Part shown: one piece after another, positions 37,001 through 46,090 of the stretch | Numbering within the stretch: position 1 is the first letter of the stretch | Layout: each line of letters starts with the position of its first letter | Source of the DNA: Candidatus Physcocola equi | Lineage (GTDB): Bacteria > Bacteroidota > Bacteroidia > Bacteroidales > Paludibacteraceae | Length of the DNA: 64,000 nucleotides | Assembly (NCBI GenBank): GCA_018064855.1 | Contig: JAGHUM010000005.1 | Span: 38,760-102,759, forward strand | Direction: 5' to 3' | Position numbers and translations under genes: made by a program | Notes under the pieces: generated by a model | What the model saw: only the letters and a program-made list of their open reading frames with translations | Databases searched by the model: none | What the model was told of the DNA's origin: nothing

Positions 37001-38116
37001 GCCATCGGTACCGATCAGGACTTCACCGTTGAGACCTTTCGCCAAGGAAGAAACGGGAAGGCCTACAGGTAATTTGTGATAAGCAAACACAGCATCGGAG
37101 ACAGAAGACTGCATCAGCCAGTTTCGATAAGAACCCACCCAAAGATTGCCCTGTTTGTCGAACAAAATGGCGCTGGTCGTTAGATTCTGTGCGTTCACCT
37201 CGTCGGGGAATATCAGATTTTTTTCAGCGAACCGCTTATTATCCAAATCATAAACAGAGATGTTTCCATTGATCGTTCCAATCCAAACCAATCGGTTATC
37301 ATCTTCAGAAAAAGTGCAAATCGTATTGGAAGAATTGCAATGCGGATTATCACCAGCATTATAGTGCTCTCTCAAAGAGAAATCGGGATTCAGCAAATAG
37401 ACACCATCATTGAGCGAGCCGACAAAGAATGTATGGTCTGAAGCCTCTAAAATACGGAAAAGATGCGTACTGATCTTATCGCTCAGTAATTCGGGGACAA
37501 AATGAAAACGCTCTTCGTAACGAGCATGGAAAAAATCTTTTTTTGAGAAGCAAAAAAGTCCCTCCGATTCTGATACGACAATAATATTTTTATCCGTCAG
37601 AATAAACCTTCTACCCCACCTTCCCGGATTAACATCGACATGACCAGTTTCAGGATAATAACGGTAAACAGCATCGTAGCCCAACAGCCAAATAGAATGA
37701 TCGGAGAAGTCTTCCTCTATATCAATAACCGCGGGTGCGAAAGTATCGACCTGCACTGTGTGAAAAGACAAATCAAGGCGGTTGAACAAGGAAAGCCCCG
37801 CATTCGTAGCCACCCAAAAACGCGACTTGCTGTCGATCAAAGTTTCAAAACAAAGATTGGCAGGAAGAGACAACGAATCGTTGGGATTGTGAGTAAAACG
37901 ATCAAAATGATTACCATCGTAGCGGACAAGCCCCTCATCCGTAGAAATCCAGACATATCCCATTTCATCTTCTGAGAGATGAACAATCTCGGTCTTAAAG
38001 TCACTTGGAACTACAGAAAACTGACGACGCACATTCTCCGCCAAAACTGAGAAAGAAAACGTCATCATTGAAGCGACAAAAAAGCAAAACCTAAAAAGAA
38101 GATTAAAACTGTGCAT
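34049..38116 (-). CDS. Hybrid two-component system sensor kinase/response regulator with AraC-type HTH (HTCS)
   Basis: 1355 aa. It has a signal/TM segment, a periplasmic beta-propeller plus Y_Y_Y-like region, a TM segment, HisKA (SVIAHDLRNPM), HATPase (GLGLSI), a receiver domain (ILIVDDD...DLIITDLMMP) and a C-terminal AraC HTH. Confidence 0.9.
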   Translation of the reverse strand: MHSFNLLFRFCFFVASMMTFSFSVLAENVRRQFSVVPSDFKTEIVHLSEDEMGYVWISTDEGLVRYDGNHFDRFTHNPNDSLSLPANLCFETLIDSKSRFWVATNAGLSLFNRLDLSFHTVQVDTFAPAVIDIEEDFSDHSIWLLGYDAVYRYYPETGHVDVNPGRWGRRFILTDKNIIVVSESEGLFCFSKKDFFHARYEERFHFVPELLSDKISTHLFRILEASDHTFFVGSLNDGVYLLNPDFSLREHYNAGDNPHCNSSNTICTFSEDDNRLVWIGTINGNISVYDLDNKRFAEKNLIFPDEVNAQNLTTSAILFDKQGNLWVGSYRNWLMQSSVSDAVFAYHKLPVGLPVSSLAKGLNGEVLIGTDGAGVFSYTEQGGLIPSAFSTLFPAASTHISALRNFDNSIFAVAWGKGVGCSKKGVSPDYEKIPFKYSKIQDVLKVDSGLWVAADGYGLAFLGNDGQFRSFENSSSPVFCRDMPHYPRFLHRDSKNRIWACTSYGLCCWNGKDYINYLPAEGNNNDIIMLQEGDDGTIWFLSKNDGLCSVNPATAVIYFWSKYFDLPRGLRSFTVDKNNKIWVCNSDHIFSIDTEKKVVRDFNVSKFLGADVFHDRAVLLEDNGKLWFGTTSGFFTVQTNLVSDPVKSQVILTSFSLFGKPQSPESSDVLDEDISFAQQITLNPSHSFFGFGFGCPNYAAADQLTYYYRLSGLSDQWVRADIPSVSFSGLSSGSYELDVKVHAGKICVGHLSHPLSIVITPPWWKSWWFILSLVLFGAIVVSSIFYFRIRFLNEQKKQLAVEVEKRTRELAESNDAIMRHNAQIAQKNEELDAALSTKDKIISVIAHDLRNPMTVISGMLDCLSSSPELKDSTNVMEQLRTASNAASNLQSQMENLLHWSRLQSSSIACSPTDVFFFVPVKGCISLLQDVARRKSLVISFEDKSTVSGYADERMLATIVRNLIANAIKFSYPKGRIDLNAKDFNGGVMLSVTDYGIGMSSETVDAIMQNSAFKKSAQGTSGEIGSGLGLSICMDFAKRCGGEISVVSEQGKGSTFSLWLPAGNVPRQNAESSLIFSSDDVNHETERTDTDYKLDEDASFVNEDEKKTILIVDDDAELLSYLSFVFQSDYVVVAANDGEQGLNMARQVIPDLIITDLMMPNMNGKQLCEAIKTDILTQHIPVLMLTASDSEVSQIESLNLGADDYMIKPFHRDIVLAKVHSVLKNKERQLHHYRNQILSMTQEELPDSEKDSFMAKATEIVKKHVADSDFNSDEFASELAISRVQLFRKFKSFMGTTPSDFVKQYRLVYASQLLTSGGMNVTDTAFACGFNDAKYFSQCFVAKFGVKPSNYMKKSK

Positions 38117-38180
38117 TATATTGAAAATTCAGCATAACAATCATATAGGGTGAACTTAAAAAAAATTCACCAATCATATA

Positions 38181-38188
38181 CAAAGATA
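38181..38188 (-). promoter_or_regulatory. -7 box TATCTTTG for the HTCS gene
   Basis: Exact TAnnTTTG match on the - strand, 64 nt upstream of the ATG at 38116. Confidence 0.35.
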
Positions 38189-38208
38189 CATCATTTCCAT
38201 TCATTTAC

Positions 38209-38250
38209 AAAAAAAAGAAGCTGACTGACATTTCTGCCAGACAGCTTCCG
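38209..38250 (-). terminator. Rho-independent terminator after the carbonic anhydrase gene
   Basis: On the - strand: gaagctg ... cagcttc stem followed by a T8 run. Confidence 0.6.
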
Positions 38251-38278
38251 TCTATCTCTATGTTACCTTTACAAGGTA

Positions 38279-38980
38279 TTAAAAATCCACCTTACCAGTG
38301 TGAACATTGTAGTAAGCACCAACAACGCTGAGTTTGCCTTCCTCAACAAGTTTCTTCACTTCAGGATTGGCAAGAATGCGTTCAACCTGCTTGTTCGTGT
38401 TCAAGCGAATAGCAGCATCAAGAGAGTCCTTCTGACCGTAATAAGGACGAACATCATTGCGGATAACAGAAAGCAATTCGTCAACCTTGCTGTTTTCAAC
38501 AGCCTCTTCCTTTTCAGTAATAGCGCCAGTGACACCACCACAAGATTCGTGTCCCATAACGACAACCGACTTAACTTTAAGGTGTTCGATTGCATAGTCA
38601 ACACTACCCATTACAACATCATCGTTAACCGAGTTACCTGCGGTACGGATCACAAAGATGTCGCCGATACCCTGGTCGAAGATATGCTCAACAGGCACAC
38701 GAGAGTCTGAGCAAGCAACAACCGCGCAGAAAGGAGTCTGCTTAGGAGCAGTTTCATCAATACGCATATGATTGTCGTGAGGGTTGACAGCGCTATCAGA
38801 AGCGTAGCGAGCGTTACCTTCCTGCAAACGTGCAATTGCCTCTGCAGGAGAAGTCACCTCTTTAAGTTCAACAGTAGAAGTCTTCACTTCCTTGTTTTCC
38901 ACATTTTCTTGCGTATTACTACAAGAAAAAAGTCCCATCGCTGCCACAGCGACCAAGACTGACATGAATTTTGCTTTCAT
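38279..38980 (-). CDS. Beta-class carbonic anhydrase, lipoprotein/periplasmic
   Basis: CSDSRVPVEHIFD and GHESCGG zinc-ligand motifs. I prefer the start at 38980 (MKAKFMSVLVAVAAMGLFSCSN, signal peptide plus lipobox) over the track start at 39061. Confidence 0.85.
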   Translation of the reverse strand: MKAKFMSVLVAVAAMGLFSCSNTQENVENKEVKTSTVELKEVTSPAEAIARLQEGNARYASDSAVNPHDNHMRIDETAPKQTPFCAVVACSDSRVPVEHIFDQGIGDIFVIRTAGNSVNDDVVMGSVDYAIEHLKVKSVVVMGHESCGGVTGAITEKEEAVENSKVDELLSVIRNDVRPYYGQKDSLDAAIRLNTNKQVERILANPEVKKLVEEGKLSVVGAYYNVHTGKVDF

Positions 38981-39060
38981 TTTTATGATAATTCTAAAAA
39001 CGGCGCAAAAATAACGAAAAAGCAGAAAAGATAGAATGAATAACGGCGGAAAAATTGCCA

Positions 39061-39876
39061 TTAAATCTCTAATTCAAGCCCATCGTAAGCCAAATGACAA
39101 TTATCTGGCATCAAATCCTGCGACTTGTCGTGGAGACCGATATCGTGACTCATGTGAACAAAAAAAGTCTGCTTTGGTTTCACTGTATTGACAATCTCCA
39201 TCGCCTCATCCAAACGCAGATGAGAAGCATGCAAACGATTGTGGCGCAGCATACCCAGAACCAGCACATCCAAATCATAGAGCTTATCCAGTTCTTTTTT
39301 TTCAATCGTCTTGAAATCTGTGAGATACGCCAGTTTTCCTATTCGAAACCCTGTAGTAGTCAGATTGCCATGTGTTGCAAAAACAGGAGTCACGCTAATG
39401 CCACCACATATTTCAAAAGGAGTGCCATCAGAATTGATTTCATGAGGCTCCAGCAATGGCAGCATCCCTTTGTATTCCTCATTTCCACTATCTGGGAAAC
39501 AATAATAAAACATCTTCTTTATTGCAGCATTGGTAAAACTCAATCCATAAAAGGGAATGCGAGGCAGGTCCACACCTTCTGGAATCTTCCAATGAAAAGA
39601 AGCATAGGGAATCGTGCGTAAGTCATCTATTCCACCCACATGATCGGAATGCGGGTGCGTAAACAGCAAAGCATCTATTGTATTAAGATTAGAACGCAAA
39701 GCCTGTTGTCGGAAATCAGGTCCGCAATCAATCAGAATATTCTTCCCCTCAATCTGCAAAAGCGAAGAGCAACGCAATCGTTTGTCTCTTGAATCTTTGG
39801 ACAGGCACACTTCACAGTCACAGCCCAAAATCGGAACACCCGTAGAAGTTCCAGTTCCTAAAAAAGTAAGTTTCAT
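39061..39876 (-). CDS. MBL-fold metallo-hydrolase (PhnP-like)
   Basis: 271 aa with FLGTGTSTGVP, CDCEVC and the metal motif THPHSDHVGG. Confidence 0.8.
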   Translation of the reverse strand: MKLTFLGTGTSTGVPILGCDCEVCLSKDSRDKRLRCSSLLQIEGKNILIDCGPDFRQQALRSNLNTIDALLFTHPHSDHVGGIDDLRTIPYASFHWKIPEGVDLPRIPFYGLSFTNAAIKKMFYYCFPDSGNEEYKGMLPLLEPHEINSDGTPFEICGGISVTPVFATHGNLTTTGFRIGKLAYLTDFKTIEKKELDKLYDLDVLVLGMLRHNRLHASHLRLDEAMEIVNTVKPKQTFFVHMSHDIGLHDKSQDLMPDNCHLAYDGLELEI

Positions 39877-39882
39877 ATCCCT

Positions 39883-41274
39883 TTAAATATCAAAAAGGTC
39901 CGTATAATCGTTTCTGTTTGCCGCCATTCTCACATGCCATTCAGCGGGATAGGCACCATTTGATCTGTTGCCCAAATTTTTGGTCCATCCAAGAGGGACA
40001 TTCTTGTATGCAAGCAACACCCACCCCTTAGGAGCCGTGTCCGTCAAAACCAGGTTTTCTCTCTTTAAGAATGACATTGCATCCTCCCATTCCAGATCCA
40101 CAACAGAGAACACAGCCTTATTGAGTGCGGAAGACAAAGCCAGGGCTGGGGCAGGAACAAAGTCCTTACCCTTCAGAGTTGCCACCGCCACCCCACTTTG
40201 AGCCACACGGCAATTGGCACGGAGCGCTTCCAGCAAATCGGCATACGCGGAAGGGAAAGCGATCAACCAATCGCCCTCTTTAGAGAGAGAAAAATCATAT
40301 TTCTCACTGTCCAAAATCCATGATTTCAATGCAGAAGGGACTGCAGGCGTTTTTGCGTTTTTAGCCTTTTTATCTTTTTTATCCTTTTTGGAGAGAACAC
40401 ACTGTTCCTGGTCCGAAGTCTTACGCAAAGCAGCCAAGAAGAAGCCTTCCCCCCGCGATTTGTATGGATAAAAATGATAACCTTCTTCGGTGGCAGTAAC
40501 ACCCCATTCAGGCGGGCAAGGCACCCTCAGGATGTCGGCACCTAAAGACTCCGAAATAAAACGAACATTCTCTTCGTTTTCCTGTCTGTTGTAAGTACAA
40601 GTGCTGTATATGAGCAAACCGCCCACTTTCAGTGCAGGCCAGACATTTTTGAGAATATCGCGTTGGCGAGATGCACACATATCCACATTCTGCTCACTCC
40701 ATTCCGTCACGGCCTGATCATCTTTTCTAAACATACCTTCACCCGAACAAGGAGCATCTATCACAACCGCATCGAAACACCCTTCCAGGTTTCCGAAATC
40801 GGAGGCCTCCGCATTGGTCACAACCACATTAGGGAAGCCCCATTTCGTGATGTTTTCACGAAGAGGCGCGACACGGTTTTTTACGACCTCATTACACACC
40901 AGCAGACCGTCTCCGTTCATCACCGATGCAAGATGAGTGGATTTTCCACCGGGAGCCGCACAAAGATCAAGAACGACCATTGGAGACTCATCTTTGAGTT
41001 GCTTGAACACATAGCCTGAGAACATGGAGCCTGCCTCTTGAACATAATACGCACCAGCATTGAAGAGAGGGTCAAGCGTAAAAACAGGTCGCTGTTTCAA
41101 ATAAAAGGCACCGGGACACCATGGCACTTCATCGGCCATTTTCAAGTCGCATAGTTTTGAGGGATTCAACCGTATGCTAACCGAAGGATCCGTACCCACA
41201 GCATCCAAAAAAGCCTGGGCATCATCTCCAAATTCAGACTGTATTCTTTCGACAAAAGCTATTGGCAAATCCAT
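39883..41274 (-). CDS. RsmB/RsmF-family rRNA cytosine-C5 methyltransferase
   Basis: 463 aa with DLCAAPGGKSTHL, DAPCSGEGMFRKD and YSTCT. Confidence 0.85.
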   Translation of the reverse strand: MDLPIAFVERIQSEFGDDAQAFLDAVGTDPSVSIRLNPSKLCDLKMADEVPWCPGAFYLKQRPVFTLDPLFNAGAYYVQEAGSMFSGYVFKQLKDESPMVVLDLCAAPGGKSTHLASVMNGDGLLVCNEVVKNRVAPLRENITKWGFPNVVVTNAEASDFGNLEGCFDAVVIDAPCSGEGMFRKDDQAVTEWSEQNVDMCASRQRDILKNVWPALKVGGLLIYSTCTYNRQENEENVRFISESLGADILRVPCPPEWGVTATEEGYHFYPYKSRGEGFFLAALRKTSDQEQCVLSKKDKKDKKAKNAKTPAVPSALKSWILDSEKYDFSLSKEGDWLIAFPSAYADLLEALRANCRVAQSGVAVATLKGKDFVPAPALALSSALNKAVFSVVDLEWEDAMSFLKRENLVLTDTAPKGWVLLAYKNVPLGWTKNLGNRSNGAYPAEWHVRMAANRNDYTDLFDI

Positions 41275-41277
41275 AAA

Positions 41278-43611
41278 TCAGCGTTCAATAAAAGGTTCAT
41301 TAAATAAAAGGAAACCAATAATAAGACCAACATTCCAATTATGTTGTGGTTGAGTATAATAATTGGCATAAAGGCTGGCAGTCAAAACATTCAACTGCAA
41401 CACAAGATTAACTTCGGCCAAATATACCACGTTGTCATAAGACACATAAGAAGAAATCCTCTTTGGATATAAAGATTCGAAACGAGAAAAAGGCACATAG
41501 AAATAATTCTCATATCTCAAATGAAAATTATCATTAAAGCGGAAAATCGGAATCAAGCCACCAGCCGCAAAAGCATCGGAGCGCAAATAAGGATTATACA
41601 CCATTTTCGAATGAATCGTTGGCTGGAACGCAGGCATTCTGGTTATCTCACCCTCATCTACGACATCGTTCTGCAAAGAAGAATACAGGGCTTCCGCGTG
41701 CCATCCCAAAGAGAAATGCTTTGACAAACGGAAATAATTGTTTGTCAAAAAAGATGCTTGAAACCAATTCTTCGCATCCAAATCAAACGACTCTTTTCTT
41801 CCATCTTTTACGAAATAGGAATAGTCCGTATTATCGTGGACAAAATTGAGCGCCAGACGAGTGTTATATCCAAGCACAGGGAACTGACGCACAGTATAAT
41901 TGCACCTGTCGTACAAAAGAGAGCCGACGAACATACGAGAATCGATGCGGTCGTAATCATCATTGTCTAATGGAGTGTGAGGTCCCTTATACTGCGACTT
42001 TGTCTGCCCAATTCCAAACCCAAACTCCACCTTGCCCGACCTGTGATAAGGGAAACCAACTTTCAATCTGGAATAACTCTCACCTATCGCATGAGAAAAA
42101 ACGCCATGTCCGGAATAGAACGAAACCAAGTCTTCCGCATAATACGTTAAGAGATGAGCGACAGTATTCCATTTCACATACATTGGAATACGCGTCATAA
42201 AATCGGATCTCAGGCGGAAACTGGCCCCCTTATAAAGCATACCAAGTTGTCCGTCGAGCGACAGATTCATCGGGAACAAGAAAATATTTTGGTACTTAAG
42301 TCCGGCATAAAGTTCATTCACACTATTAGAAGAGATGAAACCACCAAGAGACACTTTCAAACTATTATCCACCGAAATCTTTAGATTCAAGTCGAAACAA
42401 GAATCCTGATCATTATAGACTGCATGAGGTCGAATTTCCTTAATTTTGGAATCGGACATCAATTTATAATAGTTCGATTTGAACTGATTGACATCCAACA
42501 ATTTTCCTTCCTGGAAACCCAAATTTCTACGCACATAAGCACACTGGGAGGAAGAACCGCCCTCCACCTGAACATTTTTGAAATTAAGAGGTTTGAATTT
42601 CTCCTTGAAAGCAAGACGTTTTGCGTCAAGCGAATCCTGAGAGACAAAAGATTGGACATGCTCCCTGACCTCATTTATGTAAACCTCCATCGTGTCGAAG
42701 CCAATTTGGCTTAACTCATGAACACGCGGGAAATCGAGCAGTCCCACATCGCGATACTTAAAGCGAAGAATGAGCATAGAATCTCTGGAATAAGAGAAAG
42801 CCTCATCCCGGTTCATTATCAGTCCCTCCACCTGAGTCATCACATCACTTTCAGAACTTGTTTTCACAATTTCATCAGCGACAGAAACCCCGATGATATA
42901 GTCGGGTTTAAACTCCTCCTGCATCACATTCACAGGGAAATTATTATAAATGCCACCATCATACAGCGAGCGGCCATTCACATCAATAGGTTGGAACACA
43001 AGAGGAAAACTCATGGAAGCACGCACCGCATCACCCAGATCTCCGTTTTTCTGACGAACAGACTCCTTGTTGTTCACATCGGAAGCCATACACATGAAAG
43101 GGACCATAAGGTTATTGAAATCCCCCTTGCAGACTTCGCTTCCTTGTGCGAAAAGCTGTATGAAAGCAACGTTCATCTGAGTCGGTTTTATCAGACTGCT
43201 TGGCAAAAAATTTTGCTGTATTCTGAAATTTGAAGTGACATTCATTCTCAAAGACAGGAACTCAGGAGTAGGTTCCATCTTTTTGAAATAATAAATAGAC
43301 TTTTCATCTAAACGTCCGGTTTTCCACGACTGGAATTCTTTTGAGGAAATAAGATCTTCAATTTCATCGGGAGAATAGCCCAACGCATACAAAGAGCCAA
43401 TGATGGCACCCATGGAAGTTCCTGCCACATAATCGATTGGGATACCATGTTTTTCAAGAGCACGAATCACCCCAATATGGGTACAGCCTTTAGCACCGCC
43501 GCCACTGAGCACAAGGCCAACCTTCTGAGCGGACATATAGGCCGGAAAGAAGAAGGCAAAGGCAAGAATCAGCAAACGGAAAATAAAGCGTTGTCTCATC
43601 GTACAAAACAA
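41278..43611 (-). CDS. Patatin-like phospholipase with a large C-terminal beta-barrel-like region
   Basis: 777 aa. The glycine-rich loop is GLVLSGGGAKG, the nucleophile motif is GTSMGA, and the DGG motif is present (YDGGIYNNFP). The C-terminal roughly 450 aa are rich in alternating aromatic beta-strand patterns. An alternative start is at 43599. Confidence 0.8.
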   Translation of the reverse strand: MFCTMRQRFIFRLLILAFAFFFPAYMSAQKVGLVLSGGGAKGCTHIGVIRALEKHGIPIDYVAGTSMGAIIGSLYALGYSPDEIEDLISSKEFQSWKTGRLDEKSIYYFKKMEPTPEFLSLRMNVTSNFRIQQNFLPSSLIKPTQMNVAFIQLFAQGSEVCKGDFNNLMVPFMCMASDVNNKESVRQKNGDLGDAVRASMSFPLVFQPIDVNGRSLYDGGIYNNFPVNVMQEEFKPDYIIGVSVADEIVKTSSESDVMTQVEGLIMNRDEAFSYSRDSMLILRFKYRDVGLLDFPRVHELSQIGFDTMEVYINEVREHVQSFVSQDSLDAKRLAFKEKFKPLNFKNVQVEGGSSSQCAYVRRNLGFQEGKLLDVNQFKSNYYKLMSDSKIKEIRPHAVYNDQDSCFDLNLKISVDNSLKVSLGGFISSNSVNELYAGLKYQNIFLFPMNLSLDGQLGMLYKGASFRLRSDFMTRIPMYVKWNTVAHLLTYYAEDLVSFYSGHGVFSHAIGESYSRLKVGFPYHRSGKVEFGFGIGQTKSQYKGPHTPLDNDDYDRIDSRMFVGSLLYDRCNYTVRQFPVLGYNTRLALNFVHDNTDYSYFVKDGRKESFDLDAKNWFQASFLTNNYFRLSKHFSLGWHAEALYSSLQNDVVDEGEITRMPAFQPTIHSKMVYNPYLRSDAFAAGGLIPIFRFNDNFHLRYENYFYVPFSRFESLYPKRISSYVSYDNVVYLAEVNLVLQLNVLTASLYANYYTQPQHNWNVGLIIGFLLFNEPFIER

Positions 43612-43635
43612 GAAATATCGTCGTGTTTACAAAAT

Positions 43636-43675
43636 TAAAAAAAAATCCCTTGCGAACGAGTTTTCGCAAGGGATA
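43636..43675 (-). terminator. Rho-independent terminator of htpG
   Basis: On the - strand: tcccttgcgaa aactcg ttcgcaaggga followed by a T9 run. Confidence 0.7.
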
Positions 43676-43707
43676 TAAATAACCGCCGCAAAAAGCGAGA
43701 AGAAAAA

Positions 43708-45765
43708 TCAAAGCAACTTCACGCTACGTTTGATAAACTCGGTGAGGGCTTCACCTTTGAGCAGATTATTTGCGAGCAAAGCAAGGTCAACCATCTGGTG
43801 CACCAAATCATTCTTCTCGGAGAACTGCTTAAGGATGGTTTTACGAGCCTCAGTCTTACCAGCGAGATCAGTTTCAATTTTTCTGATTTCTTCCTTGATT
43901 GGATCAGGAAGATCGCTGTCGTTTTTGTCCCCCTTCAAATCAGCCTTTTTCTTTTCAAGAGTTGCGACCTCGGCATTGATAGGAGAAATCTGACTTCCGC
44001 AAGCCTCTTCTTCCGCCTTCACGACAGCGTCCACCAAAGGATGAGCGGTGTTGAGAACAAACGAATAAGAGTTTGGAAGCTCTCCATAGAAACTCATGGT
44101 GCTGCCACCCTGCATAGCAGAGATGTCTTTCATACGGCGCATAAACTCATTCTGAGTGATATAAACCGGCATATCGCCACCAGGAATGTTATCGAAAGTC
44201 ACTGTGAACTCCATATCCTTGTTCTTTGGCAACCAAGAACAGAACACATCGCGGAGTTCGTTCTGCTTGTCAACCGACAATTCAACTGCCTTAGCGTCTT
44301 CCTTGAGCACCAATTTGTCAATCGTATCGGAGTCAACACGAACAAAGTGAATCTTACCTTCCGCTTTCTGTTCGGCACGGTTGATAAAATGCGTATCGAG
44401 CGGACCGTCCATGAAGAGCACGTTATAGCCTTTCACCTTTGCAGCCTCAATAGCAGAGAACTGTCCTTCCTTGCTGGTTGCATAGATGTAAACCAATTTG
44501 TCGTCTTTATCCTTCTGATTAGGCTCAATGAGAGTCTTATACTCTTCATTAGTATAAGCCTTGCCTTCAGTATCTTTGAAAAGGAAGAAAGAATCGGCTT
44601 TTTCTGCGAATTTCTCATCGGAGAGGATACCATACTGCATGAAGATCTTCAAATCGTCCCACTTAGACTCAAAGTTAGGGCGATCGCTCTTAAAGAGTTC
44701 GTTCAAGCGTTCAGCCACCTTCTTTGTGATGTAAGAAGAAATCTTCTTTACGTTCTGGTCAGCCTGGAGATAACTACGCGAAACATTCAAAGGGATATCA
44801 GGAGAGTCGATGACACCATGGAGCAAAGTGAGATATTCAGGAACGATATTCTCAACAGAGTCGGTCACAAACACCTGTTTGTTGTAGAGCTGGATCTTGT
44901 TTTTCTGGATTTCGAAATTGTTTCTAATCTTAGGGAAGTAGAGAATACCAGTAAGATTGAAAGGGAAATCCACATTCAGATGAATATGGAACAAAGGATC
45001 TTCGGCATACGGATAGAGTTCGCGATAGAAGTTATTGTAATCTTCATCCTTCAAATCAGCAGGTTTGCGGGTCCAAGCCGGATTGGTGTTGTTGATGACG
45101 TTATCCTCATCGGTTTCCACCTCTTTGCCGTCTTTCCATTCCTTCTTTTTACCAAGAACAACAGGAACAGGAAGGAATTTACAATACTTTTCAAGCAAGC
45201 CCTTGATTTTATTCTCATCGAGGAATTCCTCTTTGTTTTCATCGTCGATATACATCACGATATCGGTACCTCTGTCATTCTTTTCAACGTCGGAGAAAAC
45301 GTATTCAGGATCACCTTCGCAAGCCCATTTCACAGGAACGGTATTGTCGCGGAATGACTTAGACACGATTTCCACACGCTTGGAAACCATGAAAGAAGAA
45401 TAGAAACCGAGACCGAAGTGACCGATGATCGCCTGAGCAGCATCCTTGTATTTGTTTACAAATTCCTCCGCGCCAGAGAAAGCAATCTGGTTGATGTATT
45501 TGTCAATTTCCTCCTGCGTCATACCAATACCACGGTCAGACACGGTAAGAGTACCAGCGTTTTTGTCGATTTTCACCTCCACTTTGATTTCGCCAAGATC
45601 ACCAGTAAACTCGCCGACAGAGGCCAAAGTTTTCAATTTCTGGCTGGCATCAACAGCGTTGGAAACGATTTCACGCAAGAAAATTTCGTGGTCGCTATAC
45701 AAGAATTTCTTGATTACGGGGAAGATGTTTGCTGAGGTTACCCCAATATTACCTTTTTTATCCAT
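43708..45765 (-). CDS. htpG: Molecular chaperone HtpG (Hsp90)
   Basis: 685 aa with FLRELVSNAVDA-type N-terminus (FLREIVSNAVDASQKL), GIGMT and GHFGLGFYS. Confidence 0.95.
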   Translation of the reverse strand: MDKKGNIGVTSANIFPVIKKFLYSDHEIFLREIVSNAVDASQKLKTLASVGEFTGDLGEIKVEVKIDKNAGTLTVSDRGIGMTQEEIDKYINQIAFSGAEEFVNKYKDAAQAIIGHFGLGFYSSFMVSKRVEIVSKSFRDNTVPVKWACEGDPEYVFSDVEKNDRGTDIVMYIDDENKEEFLDENKIKGLLEKYCKFLPVPVVLGKKKEWKDGKEVETDEDNVINNTNPAWTRKPADLKDEDYNNFYRELYPYAEDPLFHIHLNVDFPFNLTGILYFPKIRNNFEIQKNKIQLYNKQVFVTDSVENIVPEYLTLLHGVIDSPDIPLNVSRSYLQADQNVKKISSYITKKVAERLNELFKSDRPNFESKWDDLKIFMQYGILSDEKFAEKADSFFLFKDTEGKAYTNEEYKTLIEPNQKDKDDKLVYIYATSKEGQFSAIEAAKVKGYNVLFMDGPLDTHFINRAEQKAEGKIHFVRVDSDTIDKLVLKEDAKAVELSVDKQNELRDVFCSWLPKNKDMEFTVTFDNIPGGDMPVYITQNEFMRRMKDISAMQGGSTMSFYGELPNSYSFVLNTAHPLVDAVVKAEEEACGSQISPINAEVATLEKKKADLKGDKNDSDLPDPIKEEIRKIETDLAGKTEARKTILKQFSEKNDLVHQMVDLALLANNLLKGEALTEFIKRSVKLL

Positions 45766-45826
45766 ATTATAGAATCTTTATTTACAGATTTATGTTTCTT
45801 TGATTCATTATCGTCCACATTCATTC

Positions 45827-45834
45827 CAAAAATA
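45827..45834 (-). promoter_or_regulatory. -7 box TATTTTTG for htpG
   Basis: Exact TAnnTTTG match on the - strand, 61 nt upstream of the ATG at 45765. Confidence 0.4.
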
Positions 45835-45990
45835 GTGCCAAAGGAGATTTACTGACAAAATGTCACAAAACCCAAGGCTAAAGCATAAAATTTGACAAAG
45901 ATTCCTTCATGCACACAAAAATTGGGTGAAAAAATAATATGATTATCCACAAGTTGTCAAGTAACATAATTGGTGGATGTATGAATACAC

Positions 45991-46026
45991 AAAAAATGGT
46001 TGCCGTTAATTCAGCAACCATTTTTC
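45991..46026 (-). terminator. Terminator after the GH9 / small secreted protein gene pair
   Basis: Hairpin aatggttgc / gcaaccatt flanked by A and T runs. Confidence 0.65.
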
Positions 46027-46090
46027 GTTGTTTATTTATGTTGAGATAAAAACTCAAAATCATCATATAAATGGAAACAGGATCATCTGG

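Noticed and set aside
43798-45357. 519-aa + strand ORF antisense to htpG
   Set aside because: It is a shadow ORF opposite a highly conserved gene. The protein is I/F/L/R-rich with no motifs, while htpG on the other strand is unambiguous.
45878-46066. 62-aa - strand ORF between htpG and the GH9 operon
   Set aside because: It spans the terminator hairpin at 45991-46026 and the htpG upstream region. It is hydrophobic, low-complexity, and has no start context.
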